Source: Chrysemys picta bellii
Taxonomy: Eukaryota
Assembly: GCF_011386835.1 (NCBI RefSeq)
Contig: NC_088794.1
Coordinates: forward strand, 104,594,001-104,658,000
Length of the DNA: 64,000 bases
Direction of reading: 5' to 3'
The position numbers and the translations under genes were made by a program. Below are positions 49,968-61,423 of this stretch, piece by piece. The first letter of the stretch is position 1. The number at the start of each line of letters is the position of its first letter. The notes under the pieces are model-generated. The model saw only the letters and a program-made list of their open reading frames with translations, was not told the origin of the DNA and made no database searches.

Positions 49968-50035
49968 TTGGGTTTTAGAAAATGCACTCAGTGTACGAAG
50001 TAATTTAAAACAACAACATTGTTTCAGCTTGCAGC

Positions 50036-50353
50036 NNNNNNNNNNNNNNNNNNNNNNNNNNNNNNNNNNNNNNNNNNNNNNNNNNNNNNNNNNNNNNNNN
50101 NNNNNNNNNNNNNNNNNNNNNNNNNNNNNNNNNNNNNNNNNNNNNNNNNNNNNNNNNNNNNNNNNNNNNNNNNNNNNNNNNNNNNNNNNNNNNNNNNNNN
50201 NNNNNNNNNNNNNNNNNNNNNNNNNNNNNNNNNNNNNNNNNNNNNNNNNNNNNNNNNNNNNNNNNNNNNNNNNNNNNNNNNNNNNNNNNNNNNNNNNNNN
50301 NNNNNNNNNNNNNNNNNNNNNNNNNNNNNNNNNNNNNNNNNNNNNNNNNNNNN
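50036..50353. other. N-run (318 bp) inside the FOXG1 3' UTR
   Basis: Seen directly. Confidence 0.99.
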
Positions 50354-50561
50354 CATATATACTTGATAGTTTTTTGTCTCTTTTATTAAATAGAATTAAT
50401 ATGCAAAAGGCATTAAAGCTATAGTGAATTCAAAGTGCTAGATAGGTAGGCCCCCATTTTTCACATGCTCCTATTTTCTTAATTCAAGTTGTATTTTTTT
50501 TTAAATCTACATTATATATTTTTAAAGGAGCAGGCTATTTAATCAAAAGCTACTAGTTTTT

Positions 50562-50630
50562 TTTTTAATCAGAATTCCCTATTGACTTCAATGAGGAGTT
50601 CTGCTTAAAAACTTAGTACGATATGGCCCT
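50562..50630. mobile_element. Chompy-like palindromic remnant
   Basis: TTTTTAATCAGAATTCC-CTATTGACTTCAATGA-GGAGTTCTGCTTAAAAA...ATATGGCCC. Confidence 0.5.
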
Positions 50631-53600
50631 AGTTACTATACTATGTATTAAATTAGAGGCGGCACAGACGTTACACCTTAAGTTTATGTAAATATATCAG
50701 TGTATAAAATAGATCATTTAAATATACATACTATATATATATATATATAACTTTGTGATAATTTCCAAAAGTAATTCAAGGAATAATTCTTCTCAAAGGA
50801 TTAATTTTATTTTTAAGTCAATTGAGGATATATACATGTCTTACATTTCTATATATTTTGTATAAGGTGTTTAATTTCCGTATTTGGATTTATATGGATA
50901 GATATAGCTAGATGTAATACATGTGTATACATATAAAACGACAATCCATACCTTTAAAAAAAAAGACGGTTCAGGAAGCATATGCACTTTTAATGCTGCA
51001 AACACGTTTGCTTAAAATATTTGTAAAAGTATTCATAGTTATCAGTCAACATTTATTGTTCCTATGGCTGTTCCTCTCTTCTCCCCCCCCCCCGCCCCAC
51101 TCCCGCCCGCCCTTCACCGCGATTAAAGAGTCTAATAAAGATATGCTGAAGTTGCAGTATATTACAGTGAAAGGTAGTGCTGAAGTGGTCACATGATGTA
51201 ATGGATTGCATAGCAATGTTTAAGATTTTCAAAAATAATTATCAGTTTAAATTTGAAGCAATAAAATGAATCTTTTACACATTCTGTCCTCCAGCGATAA
51301 ATATTCACTGAACGCCCACTAGCATATAAAATCATACGTACGTAAGTATCTTTCATTTGATGGGGAATCGATCCTTTTGCTTTAAGGGGGCAATGTTACT
51401 ACTTTCTTATGCAGTACTTGATCCTAAAAAGAATCAGTTTCTTGATGAGTTTAAGAAATCCTATGAAAGCCGCAACTCTTGAAAATAATTAGAAAACTTG
51501 TGCAAAAAGGTTTACGAACTAATTGGATCCCGCAGTGAGTCCGTGGAAGACAAGTTGTTCATTTGTTACAATTGTATAGTCTGAAATGTGTTCTGCAGTA
51601 ATGCAATAAGCCGGCTACTTCTCACAATAGGCCCAATGAAAAATAATCTCTATCCCGGAGATGTTATCGGCAAACACTTTAAAGAGTTGATCTTAAAAGA
51701 CTAGGGGGTAGAGGGGGAAGGAGTAACAGCAAACCTAAATTCTTGAAACCAGAATATTGACGACACTCGGACAGAGAAAAAAAGATCTTCTGAAAATAAG
51801 AATTAAACAAACAGATGCAAGCAAATCTGTAGGGAAGAGAGAGGAGTGAAAGGTTAAGGAGGAGATGGGACACCAAGCTTTGCACATATGGGGGGAGAGG
51901 GAGAGAAATCGCTGATATTCTTGGCTTCCATTCTAAATTCAGCAATTCAGATGACATAACAATAAGAAAAAGGTTGCTTTGTTTTAGTATAAAGGGATGA
52001 TACCTCTTTGAACCCCTCCCCCAAATTCTTCACTCTGTTGCAATTTAAATTCATACATGAAAGAATAATTGATCGCAACAAGTAAAAATAAAAAAGACCT
52101 CGAAACAATCAAATCTGAAACTGCACTTGATCAGAAAAAAATCTGTGTGAGTTTAAACTGTTAAAGTGGAGTCTCCGTTAGGTATATTTTTACCTAAGCA
52201 AATTAAAAGAATGGCATCTGCTGCAGCTGACAAAGGACATGATTTATTATTTAACACTTGCAATTGGTTGCATATTGTGGGAAATTCAATAGCACGTATT
52301 TAAGATGTTATTCCATTTACAATCCCCCCCCCCCGAAAAATACCCGCCGATAATATATTGAGGATTGAAAATAAAAGCCAGATCAATTGAAAGCATAATC
52401 TCGTCATGTCAATGTTTTTCGTGAGTTAATAAGAATTAATTAATTAAACGTAATAGATAATAATTCTGAGAAAAGGTGTTACAATTGTATTTTAAATATG
52501 CTTCCAAAAGACAAGATTTAAACAAGCACTCACTCTTAATGCTTTACTTAAGGTTCAGTGATAAACTGCTGCCTAAGCGATTCAGGTCTTATTGACTTTT
52601 TCTCTTCCCGTTGAAGCGGGGGGAGAGGAATATGTTTGATTTGGTAGTTTACTCAAGTTACCATATAAATATTACCTGGGATGAAAATGTCTTTGGAAGG
52701 AAAAGTGCTAAAGTAGTACTATATTGTAACAGGGCCTATTAAGGCCCCAAATTTGTCTTGGGATTTACCTCCTTCCCACCCTAAAAGTTAAACCTTTTGT
52801 TCATTCAAGATACCTTTTCACACATACATATGACAGTTTGGTATGGAATTTAAGGCACTTTTTTTATCCTTCAAGCAAATAATGACGTGATCTGATATTG
52901 TTTCCATAAACTTTTGACATGTAAACGTCTGACGTCGAACTTTTAAGAACTTTTACTGATTTTTTTTAAATTATTTATCACGTGTCAAGCCTTACTAGGG
53001 GCCTTTGTTGGCGTTTCCTTATTTATATTGTTTATGGGTTTTTTTAGAATTAAGAAGTTATTGCTATTTTTCTGGTTTGTGTTTGGGATTATTGCACTTG
53101 TCGGTATAGTTCATATTAAAGAAACTTCCAAGTATATTTTTAAAAATTGCCCTGGGGGAAAAATGATTGAGTGGTAATGAGCTCTGATATGAGTAGAATA
53201 TACTGCCCAGATTTATAATGAGACATTAAGCAAGCCTCCTCGTTTAATTTCTATATTTTCTTTAAAATATTTTATATTTCTCTAACATATTTTATATACC
53301 ATAAACTGGCTTCATTCAAATCCTAAGTGTTATGTAGAACAAATATGAGCCAAAATAATTTAAATTATAATAAAGGATGATATAATCTACTCTAAATTCG
53401 ACGATTATTTGGATGATACCTTTAAAAAATGTCTGACCCCTGTACAAGTTTTGGTAGGAGTGTATTGTGCTCATTGTGACCTCTTTTGCATGATGATTAA
53501 GATTTATGTCCGAAAGTATTCAAAGGGGATTTTCTTCACCTCCTCGCCACCCGTTATGCGATTAGACCCAGGCAGCACTTACTCACCCCTTCCTCAGGCA

Positions 53601-53869
53601 AATTTCATTGAATTCCAGTTACTCCACCGCTGAACTCAATGAGAGTTTTGTCTTGGTAGAGTCAGTGTTGAATAAGACTTATTGTTATTTTTAGTGTTTG
53701 TATTATTTTATTGGTCATAATATTTTCCTAAGGACAGAAGAATCTATAGGTGTATATATTTAAATCTATATTCATATAGGAACATAGAATTAACCATATA
53801 GAAACGAAGATAAACCCTTATATATTCTCTCTGTTTCCTCTTACATACACTATATATATAGATATTCTA

Positions 53870-54000
53870 NNNNNNNNNNNNNNNNNNNNNNNNNNNNNNN
53901 NNNNNNNNNNNNNNNNNNNNNNNNNNNNNNNNNNNNNNNNNNNNNNNNNNNNNNNNNNNNNNNNNNNNNNNNNNNNNNNNNNNNNNNNNNNNNNNNNNNN
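53870..54000. other. N-run (131 bp)
   Basis: Seen directly. Confidence 0.99.
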
Positions 54001-56859
54001 TTTCACAGTAGCGTCTGGACAGATTTGTATGTCCAATGCTCTTGTTTTGAAGAATGTTTTCCTGTGGTGAAGGTGCCAGGGTAAACGGGTGAAAAAGTGG
54101 TGGAGAACTGGGTTAGCAAAAGGTGAAGGTGAAGATCATTAGAGGTTTTAGGGCTGGCTGTGGCTGTTCTGCTGGGTTTGTGTGGCTGTGCCCAGAGGGC
54201 GGAGTTCCTGCATATTCCTACCTCACCGGAGAACCTGCCCTCAACTCCACTGCAGTTTATTCCAGACAGATGGGACCCTCCAGAACGAAAACCTGCCCAG
54301 CAATCTCAGCAAGCCTTCCCGCCAGCAGGGTAGGTGAAGTTAAAGAAACCCTCCACTCCTTCTCCCTACAGGCAGATACCTGTGATGCGAATTAAAATAC
54401 ATGACAGATTTCTGTCTACACATACTGTTTTCCACTACCCAAATAATAACCAGCTCGTCTGCACGACTGAAGCATAGTTTAAAAACACCAGTTACATCTG
54501 AACTGTTTGTGCCCAAAGTTAGGATTTTCCCCTCCCTCCCCCCAGCTCTTTAATTTAATCAGGTAAACTGCACATATCTTCATTATTTTATAAATTCTGC
54601 CAGTAAATCTTTGCGTTTATTTTTAACATTATTTCTTTTTCTAGTTAAGAGGACTAAAGCCAAGGAAGTGGCACGTGCAATGTTTTGTTTGGCTTTTTAA
54701 GACGCTGTGCAGAACTACCTGTACCTGAAAGAAAAAGAGGATGCCAAAGTGGTGGCGATACTTTCTCGAGCAGATTTGGTGAGTGTACATTTTATTCCTC
54801 TGCACTCGTAAAACGGCTGTACTCACTGATATCAGCAATATTTACACGTAGACCTTATCTTTTCGATCTCACTGTAAAGTAGAAGTATGCTTTAGCGTGA
54901 ACAATTTAATACGTGCTTTCCTCTTCCAGAATTAAAGCTGCTCTTTAATCGAAGTCTTAAATCGATGCCGTTTCGGTGTGTGTGTGTTGGAGGGGAGGTG
55001 GGGGTGGACTGTGTTTCTAAAAAATAATAACCCCCCCCCACAACATTTAACTTTTGGGTTTTACAAATGGGAATGGGTTTTTCGGTGGGGTTTATGCCTT
55101 TCGGGTATAAATATTGTTAAGTTTCTTAAACGCACAGGAAGCTACTCTTGCCAAAAATTATATGAGAACAAAGATGGAGACTTTTAAAATAACGTATATA
55201 AAACGAGCATCGCCTTTGCTCTGGATATATCAGCAGGCAAACGCTTGCCCACAGAAATGGAGAATGAATCACTTGACAATTTCAAGCTCCACTCTAGAGT
55301 TTGAGGGGGGTTTGTTTTATTTTATTTTATAATAGATCAAGGCATTTCTGCTCGTCCTCCCACCCTCCAAAATGCTGTGCCCCTGCGTGCCAGAGATATT
55401 GAGATTTTAATGTGACGTAGGTGCTATACTTTGTAAAACGAGAGGGTGATGCAGTATTGTCCTGCTCGATCTATTGATTTGACAAACTTGATCATATCTT
55501 CGGGGGGGGGGGCTGTTTCTAGACTGACTGAAGTTCTGGGTTTTATGCCTTCGAAACGGCTGGGGGGGAGGGGGCGGGGGAAGAGAACAATGCATCGTGC
55601 CCGACTCTGTTAATGATTTTAATTCCCTTGTTCCTCAATTTGTAATCTCATGGAAATAATTAATTTTAATACACCAATTTAAGTTACCAAAACGCAGTGA
55701 GATAAGACGCCTGCTGAAGGTAATCAGAGCAAATGGTAATGAAGTATTGAGGGGTGGATCTCCCCATTCACATTGCAGGAAATGGAAGCCGTGTACAGTT
55801 CGTTTTCCGTGGAAATGTATATACAAAGAATGAATTAGCTTTAAAGAGAGTTGACAAATTGTTGACAGTTTGGCAGAAACCTGCCTATAGATTAAATTGG
55901 TTCCGTAAGGTATAAATAAGACGTTTGTTGATTTCGTTTAAAATGAATGGATTTAGAAATCTATAGGTTTATATATTTATGCTTATAGCGATAAGACTAT
56001 CGGTCACTATAGTGATCTCTGTCGTACATCCAGTGCAAAGCTGCTGTTAGAGAGACGCAGATGGTTAGATCGAGATGTATAGATATAGATTTCGCTATGG
56101 ATATGCTACGCCTGCAGTCCTCAGATACAATGTAAGCAGCGAGGAGTCTGCTGTGCCTGGGAGCTGCTCTCAAAGCAGCAAGGTGAGGGCGCTCTTGTCA
56201 AACAGGAGAGCTGGAGTTCCTTGCTTGTCACACATACAGGTTCGATTTTCAGGTGCCAGAGAAAATGACTGTAGAGCAAAGCCATTAAAAAAAAAAGTCG
56301 ATCCTTAGTGTTTACACAGTGCCTGTTTCAGATCTCAGCACTTTATCTGCCAGTTGATAAAACTGTGTTTTCCCTGTGGTAGACATTTTTAAAAGGATTT
56401 TGCCCCTTTCCCTTTCCTGTTCCTCACCAGTTTGGCAAAGACTCTTACGGTAATTCGGCTGATCTGCTTCTCAGGCAAAGTTTACATTTGCTTTAACGAT
56501 ACATACCGTTCGCTGACCGCAGCTGGGGACTGGTCGTGTTGTATCTTTCTTGTTGTGAGCTGACAACAATATGGGAACAATGTATTAAAGCATAAAAACC
56601 AAGCAACTGCCTTCTTGCCGCTTTTACAATGCCATTTAACATAACACAGTATAATACCAATGCATATGAGCAAGTCACCTCAATAAAACACTGGAGAAAT
56701 GTTACAGATATCAGTGTTTTAATTTAACGAAAGGATTATCAAAAACTTCTTAATGGTGTATACATATAATTACCTCGCCAAGGCTATCAAATAAAATAGG
56801 AAGCATTTTTTTCTATTATTAATCAGCAAGGTAAAGATGTACTATTAAACGTTTTTAAC

Positions 56860-56886
56860 TAATAATAATAATAATAATAATAATAA
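56860..56886 (+). repeat. (TAA)n microsatellite
   Basis: Seen directly. Confidence 0.95.
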
Positions 56887-57374
56887 ATTCTGTGATGAGT
56901 GCCAGGACACATTACAATACTTAAAATAGGATTCCTTCTGTTTATGTCGAGCTGTTCTTAATTCTACCGGAAAGATCTATTAACTTAGGCTATACAGTCA
57001 CACATGAGGCTGAAAAAAATCTTACATTTGTCACCCTGCACTAAAAATATTAGTAAATAACTCCAATAAAGTTAACTGCAAATTGCTGCTTAATGTTAAG
57101 ACTGATATTAAGTGCATTCCTCATTCAAGCGAACCTGACTCATTCAGGTCAATAGGGGTTTGGAACTGCAAAGAAGGCAGGGACCCGACGGGCTGTTGGT
57201 TTTATTTTCTGTTGCACTGCATTCAGTAGATATCCTTTGCACGGTAACATGAGCCTGTGAAAAGAGACGTTCTTTTCCTTCGGATCTGCCGAATTCTTGT
57301 GGAGCAGGAGTTTGTGGAGCTCAGACGGTTTTTCTCGGGATTAAGCTGAATCAGTCGAAAAAGTTCAATTCTAT

Positions 57375-57430
57375 AGGTGAGACCTTGGCTAAATTCCCCG
57401 CTGACTTCAATGGGGCCAGGACGTCCACCC
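57375..57430. mobile_element. Chompy-like palindromic remnant
   Basis: CTGACTTCAATGGGGCCAGGACGTCCACCC resembles the family end ...TGACTTCAATGGGGCCAGGATTTCACCC. Confidence 0.5.
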
Positions 57431-57775
57431 AGAAATGATTTGATAGATGGTATTTAAAGTTAAATTATCTATTACATCCGTCATATACAATGGCAGATAA
57501 GATTTCCCTTGGCCAAAAATCTTGTTAGGATCTGCACATAAAAAAAAAAAGTCACATAATTCTTCAGTGTATTCGACGAAGGGCTCAAACCTTTTTTTAA
57601 AAAAATGTAACCGCATGTAAATAGTTAAACCCTGCTGTTAAAATTCGCGTTTTCCAAATGGCTACAATATTTTTGAGAATTTAATACGAGTAATATACAC
57701 CCCGACTGCCCTTTTCAGGTAAAAATCTCAGTAATGTTATAGCAAAGATGGCATTACCCTCCCTTTTCTCCCTAG

Positions 57776-57776
57776 G

Positions 57777-57807
<31 letters not shown>
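57776..57807 (+). repeat. (GC)5(AC)n alternating purine-pyrimidine tract
   Basis: Seen directly, 32 bp. Confidence 0.95.
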
Positions 57808-57808
<1 letters not shown>

Positions 57809-59486
57809 TCCAAACAGGCGTGTCAGTTCCACCAAGGAGAATCTTTAACTGAATATCTTAACTAAACAAAAGCTGAAACAATTATATGCTGACAGATTAT
57901 TAGAGGAATCTGTTCAAGGGAATAAATACAGATCTGATTAAATGTATCAGATAATAATTAATATTTGTTCATGCTATGGTTTGTAGCTGATTTGCAAATG
58001 CTATAATGGTTAGAAAACCTAATTTTATTCTTCTGAATGCACCTCCACTGTGTGTGCGTTTTGAAGGGAGAATCTCATGACATGAAATGTAAATTGTATT
58101 TTTGTTATCAAAGGTTATGAATTCATGAGGAACACACGTGAACCGTATCAAAATTGCATTGAGCTAAAGTGTCAATGATCTTTTAAAAGAAATACATTCC
58201 ACTGCTTTTGGAAGATATTCTTATTGTAAAGATTGGGGTACATTTTCAGCATGAAAATTCTTAAATCGGCATTAAGTAATCATATTATTATTTCCATAGC
58301 TGCTTATTCAATTTGGATAAAGTTGTCTACTCAAGGAAAAATCCGAAAGCCACCTTTTCTGTCAGATCATTAATATAATTTATGACCAGGTGGAAGGGTA
58401 GGAGATATTAACACTATTTTTGATTATTAAATCAGTGGAGTTAAAATTACTAATAATTAAATATGGATAGTGCAGATCGCAAGTTGGAACAGCAAAATCG
58501 ATTGTCTCTTCATCAATAAGACAAATGTTGGCTTGCTTCCTATTGATTAGTGTGTTTATTTATCCAGAGGTTTAGGTATTTACTTACATATTTCGGTTTC
58601 TTTGTCTCCTGATTATTATACCAGGTTGGTTTGAAAGAAAGAGCTTTCAAGGGAAACACACTTGACAGATCCATTTTTAGCAAACTTGATAGTGGATTAT
58701 TGCAATCCGATAAATTTAACAAATTACTTATACATGCTTGTTTTTGGAGCAACTAGGAAACCGTTTCAGAATAAAACCTCTTGTTGCATTCAGGTCTTTT
58801 GCTTTGAAATAAGGATAAATTATGTTTAGATACTTCTTTATTAAAAAAAATAACCCTTTTAAATAAATGGTTTGGTGGAACTGAAGATATTACACGGGAA
58901 TTATACTTTGGCTTTACTTCCCCACTCTCTCCCTTCCTTTGTAAATCTAAATATGTTCCTAGCAATAGAGTAGCCTCTGGAGTTTTGTAACAGATAGAAT
59001 TTCAGAATCTAGGGTTATATGAATATATAAATCAGACGTCGGCTGATTTTAAAAAAAAATCTGCATTAAGATATCACAGTAGTGGATAATAGCAACAAGA
59101 TGCTTTAGATAGTTTTGTGTCTTCATGTTTTAATATATTTAAAAGATGTTGCGGCTATTCCTGTGAACTCTTTCTATAATTGGAGCATCATGGATTGAAA
59201 TGGATTTTTTTTTAAATCTACATTTTAAATGAACATTAAGACACAGTAGCACCTTCTTTTGCGGCTGTTTCGGGAGATACCGTGACGTTTCAGCCATGTT
59301 TGCTATACTTTTCTATAATTCAGAACGATAATATTACAAATGGCAATATTATTCCGCTCACAAATACCCATTCCACTCTATCGTTTAGGAAAAGCTGTAA
59401 AGAAGCAGTATAAAAACCTAGTCACTGAGGAGGAATTATTCCTGTTGTAGTCATCAGATCATCGTATTCGACAATAAGAGCCAAAA

Positions 59487-59699
59487 CATTTTAACGGTGA
59501 AGATAATTAACTATTGGAACAATTTATCAAGGGTCATGGTGGATTCTCCATCACTGGCCATTTTTAAATCAAGATTGGATTTACACACACACACAGGCAT
59601 TTTTCGGGGGGGGGGGGAGGTTCTATGGCCTGTGTTATACAGAAGGTCAGACTAGATTACCACAGTGGTCCCTTCTGGCCCTGGAATCTGACTCTATGA
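59487..59699 (+). mobile_element. CR1 LINE 3' end
   Basis: GGTGGATTCTCCATCACTGG..TTTAAATCAAGATTGGAT and AGAAGGTCAGACTAGAT..TGGTCCCTTCTGGCCCTGGAATCTGACTCTATGA. Confidence 0.82.
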
Positions 59700-61352
59700 C
59701 AAGAAGGAATTATTTATTTTGCGTAGACGGTGAATTCATACGTTTCCCAAGCTGTGTTTCACCGTATCTACCCCAAAACTGTCATTAACATCTGTAGGTA
59801 ATTTTCCTGTTTGTCAGAAGAGTGTTTAAGATAAGCATTATAATATACTATTCTAAAGGTTGGGAAATGAAACCAATGTGGGATCCTTTGTTTATGATCC
59901 TGCCTAGCTGTCAAATCGCAATCTAAAAATATTAGTGCTTTTTGACTTTGAACAACTGCTTTCTTGCAACTTGTAGATGTAAAATGCCAGCGCATCAGAT
60001 GATCACATAGATAATCTCCCCCCGGTCTCCTTCTCTGGTATAGTTGAAGGTATATTCTTGAATCTTATAGCGTTAAGTCTTTCCTGTGAATGAACTAGAA
60101 AACACTCGACAGGTCGTGAATAATCGTTTTAATGAGTGTGTAAAGCGTGCGACGGGGTGCACGGAGCTGTCGGGTTAAACAAACAACTTGTACCCTGACG
60201 AAATCTGATTGTTAAAGTGCAAAGTGGTGTCAGTCCAATTTCCATCCCAGTCCTAAAAAACACAGATCTAAGTCGCAGGAGTCCAATTTTCCCCATTAAA
60301 GAAAAATAACAATATTTTCTGAAAGCAAGTGTGATCTTCTTTAATGTTAGTCCTTGCTGAACAAAAAGACCATTTGCAAACCATAAAGGTATCAAGGTTC
60401 TTGGTTCGGTTTTGTCTTCAGGAACAAGTTAACAAGTTTATTTTTGACATCTTACTAGAGATTATCTGATCGATGTGGTAAATATTTCCCCACTTTTTTG
60501 TTTGTTCATAGATCATTGGAGGTAAACATGGAGTTAACTGGATCTGAATAACAGAGGTGGGTAACACTATATTGAACTAAGATTATAGCTATTAACATTT
60601 GCCAGATGTTTTCATTTCGGGCAGGTTTTCTAGCAAAGGCAGGTACAGGTATTGAGTTTAAGTAAGATGGAGATACTATAATGTTCAACTATAGACACTT
60701 TGTGAATACTCAATATCCAAGTCATCAGCTCCCAGGAAGACAGCTGTCAGTAAAATGTTGTGGAAAGAGATAGAGATTAAAATCTGTGGGGAAAATATTG
60801 CAGGTGTTATTTATTTATTATTATTATTAATAATAATAATTGTAATAATAATTATAATAACCATTAAATATAAATAACAATCTCCAGACAACTCAGAACA
60901 TCCGATATTCTCAGGAGAGACTGAAAGGTTTGTATATGTTTGGGATGCTCAGAGTTCTACTCTGCTTTTCAGACAGAATTCTTTTATTTACTCAGACAAA
61001 AAACTCTAATTAAAATCAAATGGACTTTTACCTTTATTATTAATCAGCCTCACCATCATCATAAGCTTATTTTTTACGGCAGCTAAAGCTTTCAAAGTGG
61101 GCCCATATGGGCCAGATCCTGGAAATTCCACTGAAGTCAGGATTTGGTTTGAAAATACTAAGTGCAGGCCCACTCAGAGGAATATATAAAAGCGAATCCT
61201 TGAAAGCAACCCAAATGGAAAATCGAACTAGTTTTAAAATTCCCAGGTTACAGTCTCTTTTAATAGTTTTTGAAGAATTAGGTTAATACAGATCAACTAT
61301 ATACCTATCTTTATCTCTCTATATATTTTGCATGAATATAAGTACAGATGTG

Positions 61353-61423
61353 GGGCCTGATCCTCTGTCCACTGATATCATGGACATTTTGCCTGTGACA
61401 TCAATGGGAGCAGGATCTGGCCC
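61353..61423. mobile_element. Chompy-like palindromic MITE
   Basis: TIR GGGCCTGATCCT / AGGATCTGGCCC (1 mismatch) around a decayed CATTGA..TCAATGGG core; a smaller relative lies at 61109-61150. Confidence 0.6.

Larger units (their letters stand above)
49447..50361 (+). other. FOXG1 3' UTR (distal part hidden by an N-run; end inferred)
   Basis: Follows the recalled human UTR colinearly (GGGACCAGACTGTAAGTGAAC, CACATTTGCATTGTAAATGATAATT, CTTTTAGACCAAAGATTGGG). Confidence 0.75.

Noticed and set aside
38274-54036. ORFs containing runs of X
   Set aside because: Artefacts of translating through N-runs.
56004-56015. TCACTATAG resembling a T7 promoter (vector contamination)
   Set aside because: Only 9 nt match, inside a natural 12-bp palindrome, with no other vector sequence nearby.
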